DNA of 64,000 bases, from the NCBI GenBank assembly GCA_963772835.1, contig CAVYYZ010000011.1:128001-192000 (forward strand), given 5' to 3'. Positions 8,835 to 18,305 of the stretch are shown piece by piece. The stretch comes from an uncultured delta proteobacterium (GTDB lineage: Bacteria > Desulfobacterota > Desulfuromonadia > Geobacterales > Pseudopelobacteraceae). The notes beneath the pieces are model-generated. The model had not been told where the DNA came from. It saw nothing but the letters and a program-made list of their open reading frames with translations, and did no database searches. Position 1 is the first letter of the stretch. Every line of letters begins with the position of its first letter. The position numbers were made by a program, and so were the translations under genes.

Positions 8835-10595
8835 ATGGTCCTGCTGTGTGCATCGTTCTGCCTCCCCCAAAATTCCCGGGCCTGTCCGCACATATCCGCC
8901 ATTGACGCCAGTCAAAGGATGCTCACTCTTGGCAACGACATCCGGTACCACAATACACTTTATTATGAGAAGGCCCGTCCGGTTATCAGTGATGCGGAGT
9001 ATGACCGGCTGTTTGCGACTCTGATCCGGCTTGAGAAGTGTTTTCCGGCGCTGGCTGCCGCTGATTCCCCGACCCGGAAGGTGGGGCAGGGTGAGGAGAG
9101 CGGTCTGCAGAAAGTGATGCACGATCGACCGATGCTTAGTCTGTCTTCCGCCACCGGGCCGAAGGCGGTGGAAGCTCTGCTGCGAAGGGTGGTGACGGTC
9201 GGGGAGCCTCTGCTGCTGGTCCAGCCGAAGGTGGATGGTCTGCCGGTGGAGCTGGTATATGTTGCCGGAAAGCTTGTTTCAGCTTCGACCCGCGGTGATG
9301 GCAGTTCCGGCGGTGATGTGACGGAACGGGTTGGTGAAATCAAGGGTATTCCGGGCATGCTGTCCGGTACGTATCCCGATCGGGTGGTGGTTCGCGGAGA
9401 AGTGTATGCGGACCTGCGGGTTATGGAAAAATCCGGTGCGGTGTCCGGTTCGAAGAAAGGAACAGCTGTCCGCCATCCGAGACATGTTGCCGCGGGGTTG
9501 CTGCAGGCACGACAACCGGACCCTGAAGCGGTGGCGTACCTTCGGCTGTTTCCTTTTGAGCTGGTGGGCGGTGACAGCATACACTCTGACCGCGAGGCTC
9601 TGGAGCTGCTTGCAGCGTGGGGATTTCCGGTTGCGGCTGAACAGACCCATCAGGTGAAGTCGCTGGCCGAAGTCCGTACCCTGTATCGCGCCTACCTGGC
9701 GAATCGCGATCGGCAGCCGTTTGCCATGGACGGCATCGTGGTGAAAGTCGATGATCTGGCAATCCGGAAACTGCTGGGAGAGGGCGGGCGTGCACCATTC
9801 TGGGCTGCTGCCTGGAAGTTCCCGCCGGAGAGCGCCCGAACGGAGGTAGTACGGATCGAATGGACGGTCGGCCGCACCGGTCGTCGTACTCCGGTTGCAG
9901 AGGTTGCGCCGGTGCATCTCGGCGGTGTACTGGTCAGGCGGGTTTCGCTGCAAAACGAGGCCGTGATTTCCCGGCTTGATATTGCGGCCGGCGATCAGGT
10001 GGTGGTCGGCCTGGCGGGGGATGTTATTCCCCGGGTTCTGGAAGTTGTGTGGCGGGTTCCCCGTGATGCCGGTTCCGGAGCGGCAGCGCGGCAGAAACCT
10101 GAACCGGCTCCGGATGCCTGCCTGCACGATTCGCCCGTCTGCCGCTATCAGTTTTTAGCCAGAGCGGAATATTTTGTCTCAAAAAAAGGGATACATATTT
10201 CGGGTCTGGGACGAAAACGTCTGCAGATGCTGGTCGAAGCGGGATTGGTTGATGATCTTCCTTCGCTGTTTCTGCTGAAGGTGGAGGAGGTGGCAGCAGT
10301 ACCCGGCTTTGGTGCAGAAACGGCGCGGCGCCTGACTACGGAAATCAGTGGCGCCGGCCATGAAAAGTCATTCCGGATTGTTACCGCCCTTGGTATTCCG
10401 GGTGCCGGTCCGAAGAGAGTGCAGAGTCTGTCACGTCAGTTTGCCGGGCTGGATATGCTGCTGGCTGCAGGCCGGGATCAGCTGGCGGTTCTTTCCGCAG
10501 CCGATTTTCGCACGGCCGGCACAATCCGCACTTTTTTTGACCTGCCGGGCGGGAAAAAACTGCTCGTGAAATTCCGTGAACTGGGTATTCTCTGA
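8835..10595 (+). CDS. ligB: NAD-dependent DNA ligase, LigB-like, with hydrophobic N-terminus
   Basis: YY...ISDAEYD, QPKVDG adenylation motif, STRGDG, RGEVY, DGIVVK, AWKFP, VGRTGR, AGDVIP; no 4-Cys Zn finger or BRCT domain; A-CP leader end and C..SPVC..QF motif resemble LigB. Confidence 0.8.
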   Translation: MVLLCASFCLPQNSRACPHISAIDASQRMLTLGNDIRYHNTLYYEKARPVISDAEYDRLFATLIRLEKCFPALAAADSPTRKVGQGEESGLQKVMHDRPMLSLSSATGPKAVEALLRRVVTVGEPLLLVQPKVDGLPVELVYVAGKLVSASTRGDGSSGGDVTERVGEIKGIPGMLSGTYPDRVVVRGEVYADLRVMEKSGAVSGSKKGTAVRHPRHVAAGLLQARQPDPEAVAYLRLFPFELVGGDSIHSDREALELLAAWGFPVAAEQTHQVKSLAEVRTLYRAYLANRDRQPFAMDGIVVKVDDLAIRKLLGEGGRAPFWAAAWKFPPESARTEVVRIEWTVGRTGRRTPVAEVAPVHLGGVLVRRVSLQNEAVISRLDIAAGDQVVVGLAGDVIPRVLEVVWRVPRDAGSGAAARQKPEPAPDACLHDSPVCRYQFLARAEYFVSKKGIHISGLGRKRLQMLVEAGLVDDLPSLFLLKVEEVAAVPGFGAETARRLTTEISGAGHEKSFRIVTALGIPGAGPKRVQSLSRQFAGLDMLLAAGRDQLAVLSAADFRTAGTIRTFFDLPGGKKLLVKFRELGIL

Positions 10596-10629
10596 GCTGT
10601 ATGTAAATAGTAAAATATGAAGCAACACG

Positions 10630-10736
10630 TAACGCAAAGGCGCCAGGTATCAAGGCCGCACGGTAAAATAAAAATATGTTAGGTGTATCACCTTACATCG
10701 TCACGTTTTTCCCCGTGTCTTTGCGACGGTGCGTTA
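10630..10736. repeat. Degenerate palindromic intergenic element between convergent ligB and metG
   Basis: Terminal arms TAACGCA ... TGCGTTA with imperfect internal complementarity. Confidence 0.4.
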
Positions 10737-10768
10737 AGAGTTTCTGTTCTGGTTTGTCCGGATTGAAA

Positions 10769-12289
10769 TTACTCCTCGATCCTCGGAAAGAGCGCCTCAG
10801 CTTTTGTAATAGTTGTTCCTTCCTGTAAGCCGCCCCACACAAGCCCATCTTTAGAAACCGTTTCAGACCACCCCAATGATGCCAGAGCTTTTTCCGATGT
10901 TGTGGGAAGGAAGGCGGACAGGATGCAGTGGGTGATCCGCTGTGATTCGAGCAGGGTGTACATTACGGTGGCGAGTCGCTCGGCGTTGGCCGGATCTTTG
11001 GCCAGCGACCATGGCGCCGTGTCATCGATGTATTTGTTCCCGGCCGAAATGACTTCCCAGATCGCCTGCAACGCCTTGCTGAAGGCCAACTCGTCGATAA
11101 ATTTATCGACCGTTCCCACCATATCTACGGTCTTTTGCTTCAAAGCCAGATCGGTTTCTGACAGTTCAGTTGGCGCAGGAAGGATGCCGCCGAAATATTT
11201 TACCGCCATGGCGGTTGATCGGCTGAGCAGGTTGCCTATGTCGTTGGCCAGATCGGAGTTGATCCGTTGGACCAGTGCGGTGTGGGAGAAATCGCCGTCC
11301 AGGCCGAATGGAACCTCGCGCATCAGGAAGTATCTGACCGCATCCGTGCCGTATTTGTCGATCAGCATGTTCGGCTCGACCACGTTCTGCAGACTCTTGC
11401 TCATCTTCTGACCTTCGACGGTCCACCAGCCGTGGGCAAAAACCTTTTTCGGCAGCGGGAGGCCGGCAGCCATCAGAAAGGTCGGCCAGTAAACGGCGTG
11501 GAAGCGGAGGATGTCCTTGCCGATCAGGTGGACATCACATGGCCAGTAACGGCCGTAATTGCCCGCTTCGTCGGGGTAGCCGAGGGCGGTGATGTAGTTG
11601 GTCAGGGCATCGAACCAAACGTAGATGATGTGGCGGTCATTCCCCGGTACCGGGATGCCCCAGGAAAAGGTGGTGCGGGAAACCGACAGGTCGCGCAGAC
11701 CTTCCTTGACGAAGGAGATGATCTCGTTGCGCTTGCTCTTGGGCTGGATGAAATCCGGATTGGCCTCGATGTGCGCCAGCAATTGATCCTGGTATTTGCT
11801 CATACGGAAGAAATAGGATTCCTCTTTGAGCTTTTCTACCGGACGGTTGCAGTCGGGGCAGCGGCCTTCGATCAGCTGGGTCTCGGTCCAGAATGTTTCG
11901 CAGGGGGTACAGTACCAGTCCTCATACTCACCGAGGTAGATGTCCCCCTTTTCGAGGATATCAGTAAAGATCCGGCTCACCCCGTTTTTGTGACGTTCCT
12001 GGGTGGTGCGGATGAAGTCGTTGTGTGAAATTCCCAGCCGCTCCCAGAGCGCCTGAAAACGTTTGACCACACGGTCGGCCAGTTCCAGCGGCGTTTCTCC
12101 GGCGGTTATCGCCGCCTTTTCCACCTTCTGACCATGCTCATCGCTGCCGGTCAGAAAGTAGACGTCATACCCCATCAGACGCTTGTAGCGGGCCAGCACA
12201 TCGCCGGCGACCGTGGTATAGGCGTGTCCGATATGCGGTACGTCGTTTACATAATAGATCGGGGTGGTTACGTAGAAAGTCGGTTTCAT
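10769..12289 (-). CDS. metG: Methionine--tRNA ligase (short form, no C-terminal tRNA-binding domain)
   Basis: TTPIYYVN, HIGH, CxxC...CxxC, YVWFDAL, KMSKS; start at ATG 12289. Confidence 0.96.
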   Translation of the reverse strand: MKPTFYVTTPIYYVNDVPHIGHAYTTVAGDVLARYKRLMGYDVYFLTGSDEHGQKVEKAAITAGETPLELADRVVKRFQALWERLGISHNDFIRTTQERHKNGVSRIFTDILEKGDIYLGEYEDWYCTPCETFWTETQLIEGRCPDCNRPVEKLKEESYFFRMSKYQDQLLAHIEANPDFIQPKSKRNEIISFVKEGLRDLSVSRTTFSWGIPVPGNDRHIIYVWFDALTNYITALGYPDEAGNYGRYWPCDVHLIGKDILRFHAVYWPTFLMAAGLPLPKKVFAHGWWTVEGQKMSKSLQNVVEPNMLIDKYGTDAVRYFLMREVPFGLDGDFSHTALVQRINSDLANDIGNLLSRSTAMAVKYFGGILPAPTELSETDLALKQKTVDMVGTVDKFIDELAFSKALQAIWEVISAGNKYIDDTAPWSLAKDPANAERLATVMYTLLESQRITHCILSAFLPTTSEKALASLGWSETVSKDGLVWGGLQEGTTITKAEALFPRIEE

Positions 12290-12290
12290 A

Positions 12291-13415
12291 TCAGGCTCCT
12301 GATGCTGGTGTCGGTGTGCGACCGTCGGGGGCGGCGCCGGATTGTTTTCGGTGGCCATGTTTGCGGGAACGATGTTTCTTGCGCGGCTGTCCGGCTGTCA
12401 CGACTTCCGCTGCAGTGGCCGTTGCCGTACGCTCACGGTGTGCGGTTGGAGCTGTTGGAGCTGTCGCCGGCTTCCCGGCGCTTTCAATGTGAGTGTATGA
12501 CTCGAGTGACGTCTTTTCCTGTTTACGCCGCGGTTCGGGGCGCCGTTCGCGTGTGCGCTGGGGAGGGCGTGGCGTTAATTGAGCGGTTGCAGCAGCCGGA
12601 GCCGGAGCCGAAACCGGGGTGCCATCCCCGATGATTTCATCACGTTTAATGACGATTATCTTGTTGTCGTCAAGTTTGAGCGTAATATTTCCGGTCAGGA
12701 TGTTTATTTTGTCGACGACTCCGACGGCATTGACGGTACGGATCCGTTTGCCTGATTTCGGGAAGTTTTTGCGCAGGCAGCAATAGGTTTCGTACTCATA
12801 GTCAAGGCAGCAGAGCAGGCGGCCGCATTGTCCGGATATCTTGTTGGGATTGAGTGCCAGATTCTGCTCTTTTGCCATTTTTACAGAAACCGGCTGGAAT
12901 TCGCGCAGGAACGAGCTGCAGCAGAGTTCGCGGCCGCAGATGGCTATGCCTCCGGTCATCTTTGCTTCATCACGCACCCCGATCTGGCGCATTTCGATAC
13001 GGGTATGAAATGAGTGGGCGAGATCTTTTACCAGGTCACGGAAATCAACCCGGCCATCGGCGGTAAAGTAAAAAATCGCTTTGCTGCTGTCGAACTGATA
13101 TTCGACCCGTACCAGCTTCATCGGCATGGCGCGCTCGATTATCCGGTTAACGCAGAAGCGGTACGACTCCTGCTCTTTCTGGGAAATCCGCTCAACTGTC
13201 GCCATATCTTCGGGAGTTGCCTTGCGTTTGACGAGCGTCAGAGCAGCTGTCGCTTCGGCATCACTTTCCACCGGCGGCTTAACGACCTGCCCGACTCCGA
13301 CACCCCGTTCCGTTTCAACAACGACATGGTCTCCTTTGACAAGTTCAAGAGCTCCGGCGTTGAAATCAAACATCTTGCCGGCTTTGGTGAATTGAATGGT
13401 TACGATGTGTGACAA
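12291..13415 (-). CDS. PSP1 domain protein (YaaT/RicT family)
   Basis: RVDFRDLV, IEMRQIGVRDE, ICGRELCC, KISGQCGRLLCCL; long low-complexity basic tail. Confidence 0.92.
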   Translation of the reverse strand: MSHIVTIQFTKAGKMFDFNAGALELVKGDHVVVETERGVGVGQVVKPPVESDAEATAALTLVKRKATPEDMATVERISQKEQESYRFCVNRIIERAMPMKLVRVEYQFDSSKAIFYFTADGRVDFRDLVKDLAHSFHTRIEMRQIGVRDEAKMTGGIAICGRELCCSSFLREFQPVSVKMAKEQNLALNPNKISGQCGRLLCCLDYEYETYCCLRKNFPKSGKRIRTVNAVGVVDKINILTGNITLKLDDNKIIVIKRDEIIGDGTPVSAPAPAAATAQLTPRPPQRTRERRPEPRRKQEKTSLESYTHIESAGKPATAPTAPTAHRERTATATAAEVVTAGQPRKKHRSRKHGHRKQSGAAPDGRTPTPASGA

Positions 13416-13522
13416 AAAGACCTCCTGTCTGAAAACGCTGAAAATATTCTCTCCCGTCAGGCAAGGAGAGTATGTTTTTGTTGTCAGAAATAGTTTTGTT
13501 GAATAGTTACGTATATGTGTAA

Positions 13523-14500
13523 TCAGCCGTTGCCGGCCATGGACATAAATAAATGATCAAGAGCCAGCTTGGGATTGGCATTGCGCTGAACGTCGCGTCT
13601 CGTTTCATAGATGCGCTCCAGCAACTCCAGGTTGCGCGGGAATGAGCGCCTGGCGGCAATCGATTCAATCGCCGGACGTACCGAGAGGTTGACGATGTCC
13701 CCGTTGCCGGCGCCAAGATGAACGGCATCACGGAAAAAGGAGAGCAGCATGTCAAGCATCTCAAGTGTTGCCTCGCGGTTGCCGGACAATTCCTCAGCGG
13801 CGTCAAAAACGGTTGATATCCGGTCGATATTCAGCTGGCCCACCCTCGACAGTACCGCTTCACGGCGCGCAGCAAGCGCTTCATTGTCCAGTTCCATTGC
13901 CCTCTGGAGGCTGCCGCCCGACAAAGGTGCAACAAGCGCTGCCGTTTCGGGTGCCATTCCGCTCCGCTCAAGCAGAGAGAGTACATGCTCCGGCGAAAGA
14001 GGCGCAAATCGGATCAGTTGACAGCGTGAACGGACTGTTGGCAGCAGCATTCCGGCATTTTCGGTCACCAGGATGATCAGGGCATTTCCGGGCGGTTCTT
14101 CAAGTGTTTTCAGCAGAGAATTTGCGGAGCTGACGTTCAGCCGTTCGGCCGGATCAATGATGCATGCCTTTCGGGGAGCTTCGTAGGGTCGCAGCGACAA
14201 TTCGCGCTGCATTTCCCGCAACTGATCGATACTGATGTCGCGTTTATCCGGCAACGGTGAAAGCAGGTGGATATCGGGGTGGTTGCCGCCGGCGACTTTA
14301 CGGCATGAAGGGCAGACCCCACAGGCGTCATCGGGCATATTTTTACAGAAAAGTGCCTGAATCAGTGTTAATGCGGTCTTTTTGCGCCCACAGCCCGGCA
14401 CGCCTTCAAACAGATAGGAATGAGCTGTTTTTCCGCTCTGCAGAGATCGTCGCAGTACCTCGACAATACGATCATGTCCCAGAATATCAGCAAACGGCAC
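13523..14500 (-). CDS. holB: DNA polymerase III delta-prime subunit
   Basis: AHSYLFEG, CGVCPSC, NHPD, ANSLLKTLEEPP, TVRSRC; follows tmk. Confidence 0.93.
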   Translation of the reverse strand: MPFADILGHDRIVEVLRRSLQSGKTAHSYLFEGVPGCGRKKTALTLIQALFCKNMPDDACGVCPSCRKVAGGNHPDIHLLSPLPDKRDISIDQLREMQRELSLRPYEAPRKACIIDPAERLNVSSANSLLKTLEEPPGNALIILVTENAGMLLPTVRSRCQLIRFAPLSPEHVLSLLERSGMAPETAALVAPLSGGSLQRAMELDNEALAARREAVLSRVGQLNIDRISTVFDAAEELSGNREATLEMLDMLLSFFRDAVHLGAGNGDIVNLSVRPAIESIAARRSFPRNLELLERIYETRRDVQRNANPKLALDHLFMSMAGNG

Positions 14501-15143
14501 GCAGTGCCTCCGGAATCAGTGCCGATACCTGTCGGGAAATTGTGGCGAAAATATCCTCGATACTGTCAGAGCCGTTGATGATCAAAAAGCGCTCCGGCTG
14601 CTCCGCCGCCAGTTGCTGGTAGCCGTTGCGCACCCGGTGGTGAAAGGCCAGCTCCTCCAACTCGAAGCGTTCTTCACGGGGGCCGCTGGACGCTTCTATT
14701 CTCCGCCGTGCCCGTTCCAGTCCGACAGCCGGATCGCAGTCGACAAGGAGCGTCAGATCGGGCGAAACTCCCTGGCATGCGTGAAGGTTAAGGGTGTCGA
14801 TTACGCCGCGGTCGATGCCGCGGCCGAAACTCTGATACGCCACTGTCGCATCGCAGAACCGGTCGCAAAGCACTATTTTTCCGCCTTCGAGGGCAGGGGC
14901 AATAACCTCGGTAACGTGCTGGGCTCTGGCCGCTGCATACAGCATCAGTTCTGCCAGAGGAGAAAGGGCCCGGTTATCCGCGTCCAGCAGGATTGTACGG
15001 ATTTTGTCAGCAATCGGACAGCCGCCCGGTTCGCGGGTCAGAACCGTCTGTATGCCGTGAGTCGAGAGAAACTCTGACAGAAGCTTTATCTGGGTGGTTT
15101 TACCACACCCTTCGACGCCTTCGAATGTAATGAAATAACCCAC
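14487..15143 (-). CDS. tmk: Thymidylate kinase
   Basis: FITFEGVEGCGKTTQ, TREPGG, LCDRF; GTG start at 15143 preferred. Confidence 0.95.
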   Translation of the reverse strand: MGYFITFEGVEGCGKTTQIKLLSEFLSTHGIQTVLTREPGGCPIADKIRTILLDADNRALSPLAELMLYAAARAQHVTEVIAPALEGGKIVLCDRFCDATVAYQSFGRGIDRGVIDTLNLHACQGVSPDLTLLVDCDPAVGLERARRRIEASSGPREERFELEELAFHHRVRNGYQQLAAEQPERFLIINGSDSIEDIFATISRQVSALIPEALRAVC

Positions 15144-15294
15144 GAGTATCACCCTGATCCGCATTTAAATGGGGAATTATAGGCAACCGCCCCTGATTTA
15201 TCAACTTAAATTCCTGTGCCGCCGTCTGCCCGGAGAGTTTCAGTTGCCAAAACAGGACCGGATAGCTATAGTCAGACTGTTTTAAAGGTGTGTT

Positions 15295-15999
15295 ATGATG
15301 ACGAATGTACAACAACTTGAGAAGCTGCTGGAATACTCATTCCATGATCAGAGCCTGCTTGTTCAGGCCGTGACGCACCCCTCTTATCTGCATGAAGTCG
15401 GCGGAAGTGACGGGGGGGATTACCAGCGCCTTGAATTTCTTGGCGATGCGGTGCTGGGACTGCTGTTGGCTGAATTGTTGTATGAACGGTATCCGGAGTG
15501 GGATGAAGGTGCATTGTCTCAGCTCCGTTCCCGTCTGGCAGGTCAGGATATCCTGGCCGACCGGGCCAGATGGTTGGGAATCGGAGCATTCATCCTGCTT
15601 GGCCGCGGAGAGGAACAGACAGCCGGGCGGGAAAAAGATTCCATTCTTGCGGATGTCCTGGAGGCTCTGCTTGCCGCACTGTATCGGGATGGCGGACTTC
15701 AGGCAGCACATCTGCTGGTTGTGCGGCTCTTTGAGAAATTAGCGGCTGCTCCGGAGCTGCTTGTTTTGGGGTGCGACTCGAAAAGTGAGTTGCAGGAATT
15801 CCTCTCATCGAACGGCTATTCCCATCCCGAGTATCGGCTGCTGGAGGAGTCGGGACCACCGCACGACCGTCTGTTTGTATTTCAGATTCTGATTGACGGT
15901 GCGCCCCTCGGAAGAGGGGAGGGAAAATCGAAGAAAATAGCCCAGCAGGCCGCTGCTGCCGAAGCTTTGGACAATCTTCACGTCAGGCAGTCAACGTGA
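15295..15999 (+). CDS. rnc: Ribonuclease III
   Basis: QRLEFLGDAVLG signature, DVLEAL, dsRBD SGPPH...SKKIAQQAAA. Confidence 0.95.
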   Translation: MMTNVQQLEKLLEYSFHDQSLLVQAVTHPSYLHEVGGSDGGDYQRLEFLGDAVLGLLLAELLYERYPEWDEGALSQLRSRLAGQDILADRARWLGIGAFILLGRGEEQTAGREKDSILADVLEALLAALYRDGGLQAAHLLVVRLFEKLAAAPELLVLGCDSKSELQEFLSSNGYSHPEYRLLEESGPPHDRLFVFQILIDGAPLGRGEGKSKKIAQQAAAAEALDNLHVRQST

Positions 16000-17045
16000 A
16001 ACCGGTTACGGTCCCTTTTTTTATCAGCCACCAGGGGTGCCCGCACACCTGCGTTTTTTGCGATCAACGCACAATTTCAGGAGCAAGCGGTGTACTCCCC
16101 TCCTCTGAACAGATACGTGACAGAATTGCCCTCTGGCGGTCGACCGCAGGGGGTCGCCCTCTGGAGGTCGCTTTTTTTGGCGGCACCTTTACGGCTCTTC
16201 CGGAAAAAGTCCAGGAGGAGCTGCTGCTCCCGCTCCAGCCGCTTCTGAAAAACGGCACACTTGCCTCGGTTAAAATATCAACCCGGCCCGATTATATTGA
16301 TGCCGGCCGGGTAGAGTGGCTGACGGAGAGGGGCGTGCGTACGATCGAGCTGGGTGTGCAGTCTATGGATGACACGGTTCTGTCGGTATCCGGTCGCGGT
16401 CATACTGCTGCAGATTCACAGCACGCCTTCCGCTGCATCAAAAACCAGGGGCTTCGAGCCGGTGCCCAGCTTATGCCGGGGCTTCCGGGAGACACGCCGG
16501 CAGCTTCACTCGATTCGCTGGAACGGGTCATTTCTGCCGGTGCGGATTTCCTCCGAATCTATCCAACCGTCGTCCTCAAGGGAACTGAGCTGGCGAGGCG
16601 TTTTACGGCTGGTGAATTCGAGCCGTTACCTCTTGACCGCGGGCTGTCGCTCTGCAAACTCCTTCTGCTGCGGGCCATGCAGGCGGGCATCCCGGTAATC
16701 CGGATCGGTCTCCAGGCCGAAACCGGTCTTGATGCTGAAAGTATACTGGCCGGCTGCTGGCACCCTGCGCTGGGACAACTGGTCCGTTCGCAGCTGTATG
16801 ACGACCTCATCAGCCGCTCCGTAGCTCCCGGCCTGAGTGTGAGGGTGTATTGCCATCCTGCACGGCTGTCGGATGTTGCCGGGGTGAAACACGGCAATAT
16901 CCTGAGTCAGGCCCGGCGTGAAGTGCAGATGCAGGTTGTCCCTGACGCGGCTCTCAACAAAGAGGAAATAACAATACAAACAGCAGATTCTTCTGCCACG
17001 TACTCCATTGTTTCAGATCTTCACTACTCAATTCACGAGGTGTAA
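15996..17045 (+). CDS. Radical SAM protein (Elp3/YhcC-like)
   Basis: GCPHTCVFCDQ, FFGGTFT, STRPD, ELGVQS, LMPGLPGD. Confidence 0.88.
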   Translation: MKPVTVPFFISHQGCPHTCVFCDQRTISGASGVLPSSEQIRDRIALWRSTAGGRPLEVAFFGGTFTALPEKVQEELLLPLQPLLKNGTLASVKISTRPDYIDAGRVEWLTERGVRTIELGVQSMDDTVLSVSGRGHTAADSQHAFRCIKNQGLRAGAQLMPGLPGDTPAASLDSLERVISAGADFLRIYPTVVLKGTELARRFTAGEFEPLPLDRGLSLCKLLLLRAMQAGIPVIRIGLQAETGLDAESILAGCWHPALGQLVRSQLYDDLISRSVAPGLSVRVYCHPARLSDVAGVKHGNILSQARREVQMQVVPDAALNKEEITIQTADSSATYSIVSDLHYSIHEV

Positions 17046-17048
17046 CCT

Positions 17049-18122
17049 ATGCGTAAAGAATCACTGAAATTTCTCGAACAGCTGCTTGATGCCCCCAGTC
17101 CCTCCGGCTATGAACAACCGGCGCAGCGTGTTTTTCGCGATTATGTCACTCCGTTTTGCGACGAAGTGACAACCGATGTCATGGGCAATGTCTTTGGCCG
17201 CATCAGCGGCAAGGGGAAAAATCTCCCCCGGGTGATGATTGTCGGCCATACGGATGAGATCGGGCTTCAGATCAAGTATATTGACGATAAAGGGTTTCTC
17301 TATTTTGCCGCTGTCGGCGGGGTTGATGCTCATTTGACTCCGGGCAAGCGGGTTTCAGTGCATACCGCGAACGGAGCGCTGCCGGGAGTCATCGGCAAAA
17401 AGCCGATTCATCTGATGGACAACAAGGACCGTGAAACGGTTGTCAAGCTGGAATCACAGTATATCGACATCGGTGCAGGCGACAAGAAAATCGCGCAGAA
17501 ACTGGTGAGGGTAGGGGATGCTGTTACCTTTGAGAGTGCCTTTACCCGTCTGCACGGCGATCTGGTCTCCTCACGCGGTTTTGACGACAAGGCCGGCTGC
17601 TTCGTAGTGGCCGAGGTGCTGCGGCAGGTGGCCGCTTCCGGCAAAAAACTCGCAGTTGACCTGTACGGAGTCTCTTCAGTTCAGGAAGAGATCGGTCTGC
17701 GCGGTGGTACCACCAGCTGCTACACAGTCAATCCTGATGTCGGAATCTGTGTTGAGGTTGATTTCGCCACGGATCAGCCGGATGTGGAGAAAAAACACAA
17801 CGGCGAAGTCGCCCTGGGCAAAGGACCGATTCTGGCCCGCGGTGCCAATATCAACCCGCACCTGTTTGATTTGTTGTCGTCAACAGCGGGGAAAGAAAAG
17901 ATTGCGATCCAGCATACCGCCACCCCCCGAGCCACCGGCACTGATGCCAATGTTATGCAGATTTCGCGAGGCGGTGTGGCGACTGCGCTGGTCAAAATTC
18001 CGCTGCGCTACATGCACACCCCGGTTGAGACCCTCTCGCTGGCAGACCTTGAAGATGCCGCACGATTGATTGTTGCGACACTCGGGCGGATTTCCTCCAG
18101 GGAGGAGTTTGTCCCGCGATGA
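17049..18122 (+). CDS. M42 family metalloaminopeptidase
   Basis: SPSGYE, GHTDEIG, FDDKAG, VQEEIGLRG, GTDA, RYMHTPVE. Confidence 0.92.
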   Translation: MRKESLKFLEQLLDAPSPSGYEQPAQRVFRDYVTPFCDEVTTDVMGNVFGRISGKGKNLPRVMIVGHTDEIGLQIKYIDDKGFLYFAAVGGVDAHLTPGKRVSVHTANGALPGVIGKKPIHLMDNKDRETVVKLESQYIDIGAGDKKIAQKLVRVGDAVTFESAFTRLHGDLVSSRGFDDKAGCFVVAEVLRQVAASGKKLAVDLYGVSSVQEEIGLRGGTTSCYTVNPDVGICVEVDFATDQPDVEKKHNGEVALGKGPILARGANINPHLFDLLSSTAGKEKIAIQHTATPRATGTDANVMQISRGGVATALVKIPLRYMHTPVETLSLADLEDAARLIVATLGRISSREEFVPR

Positions 18123-18305
18123 CGAACGTGGATTTCCCCGCTGCATAAAATCATATCTGCTGAAAACGGACCGTCATGGAGCGGAACAGAAATGTATAAT
18201 AAACCACGGTTAATACTCATATTAAGTATACAAAACAGCCGGACCATTTCCCTTGACTTGACCGGTTCGCTGTACTAACTTCTCTCAATTATCATCAGCA
18301 AGGAG

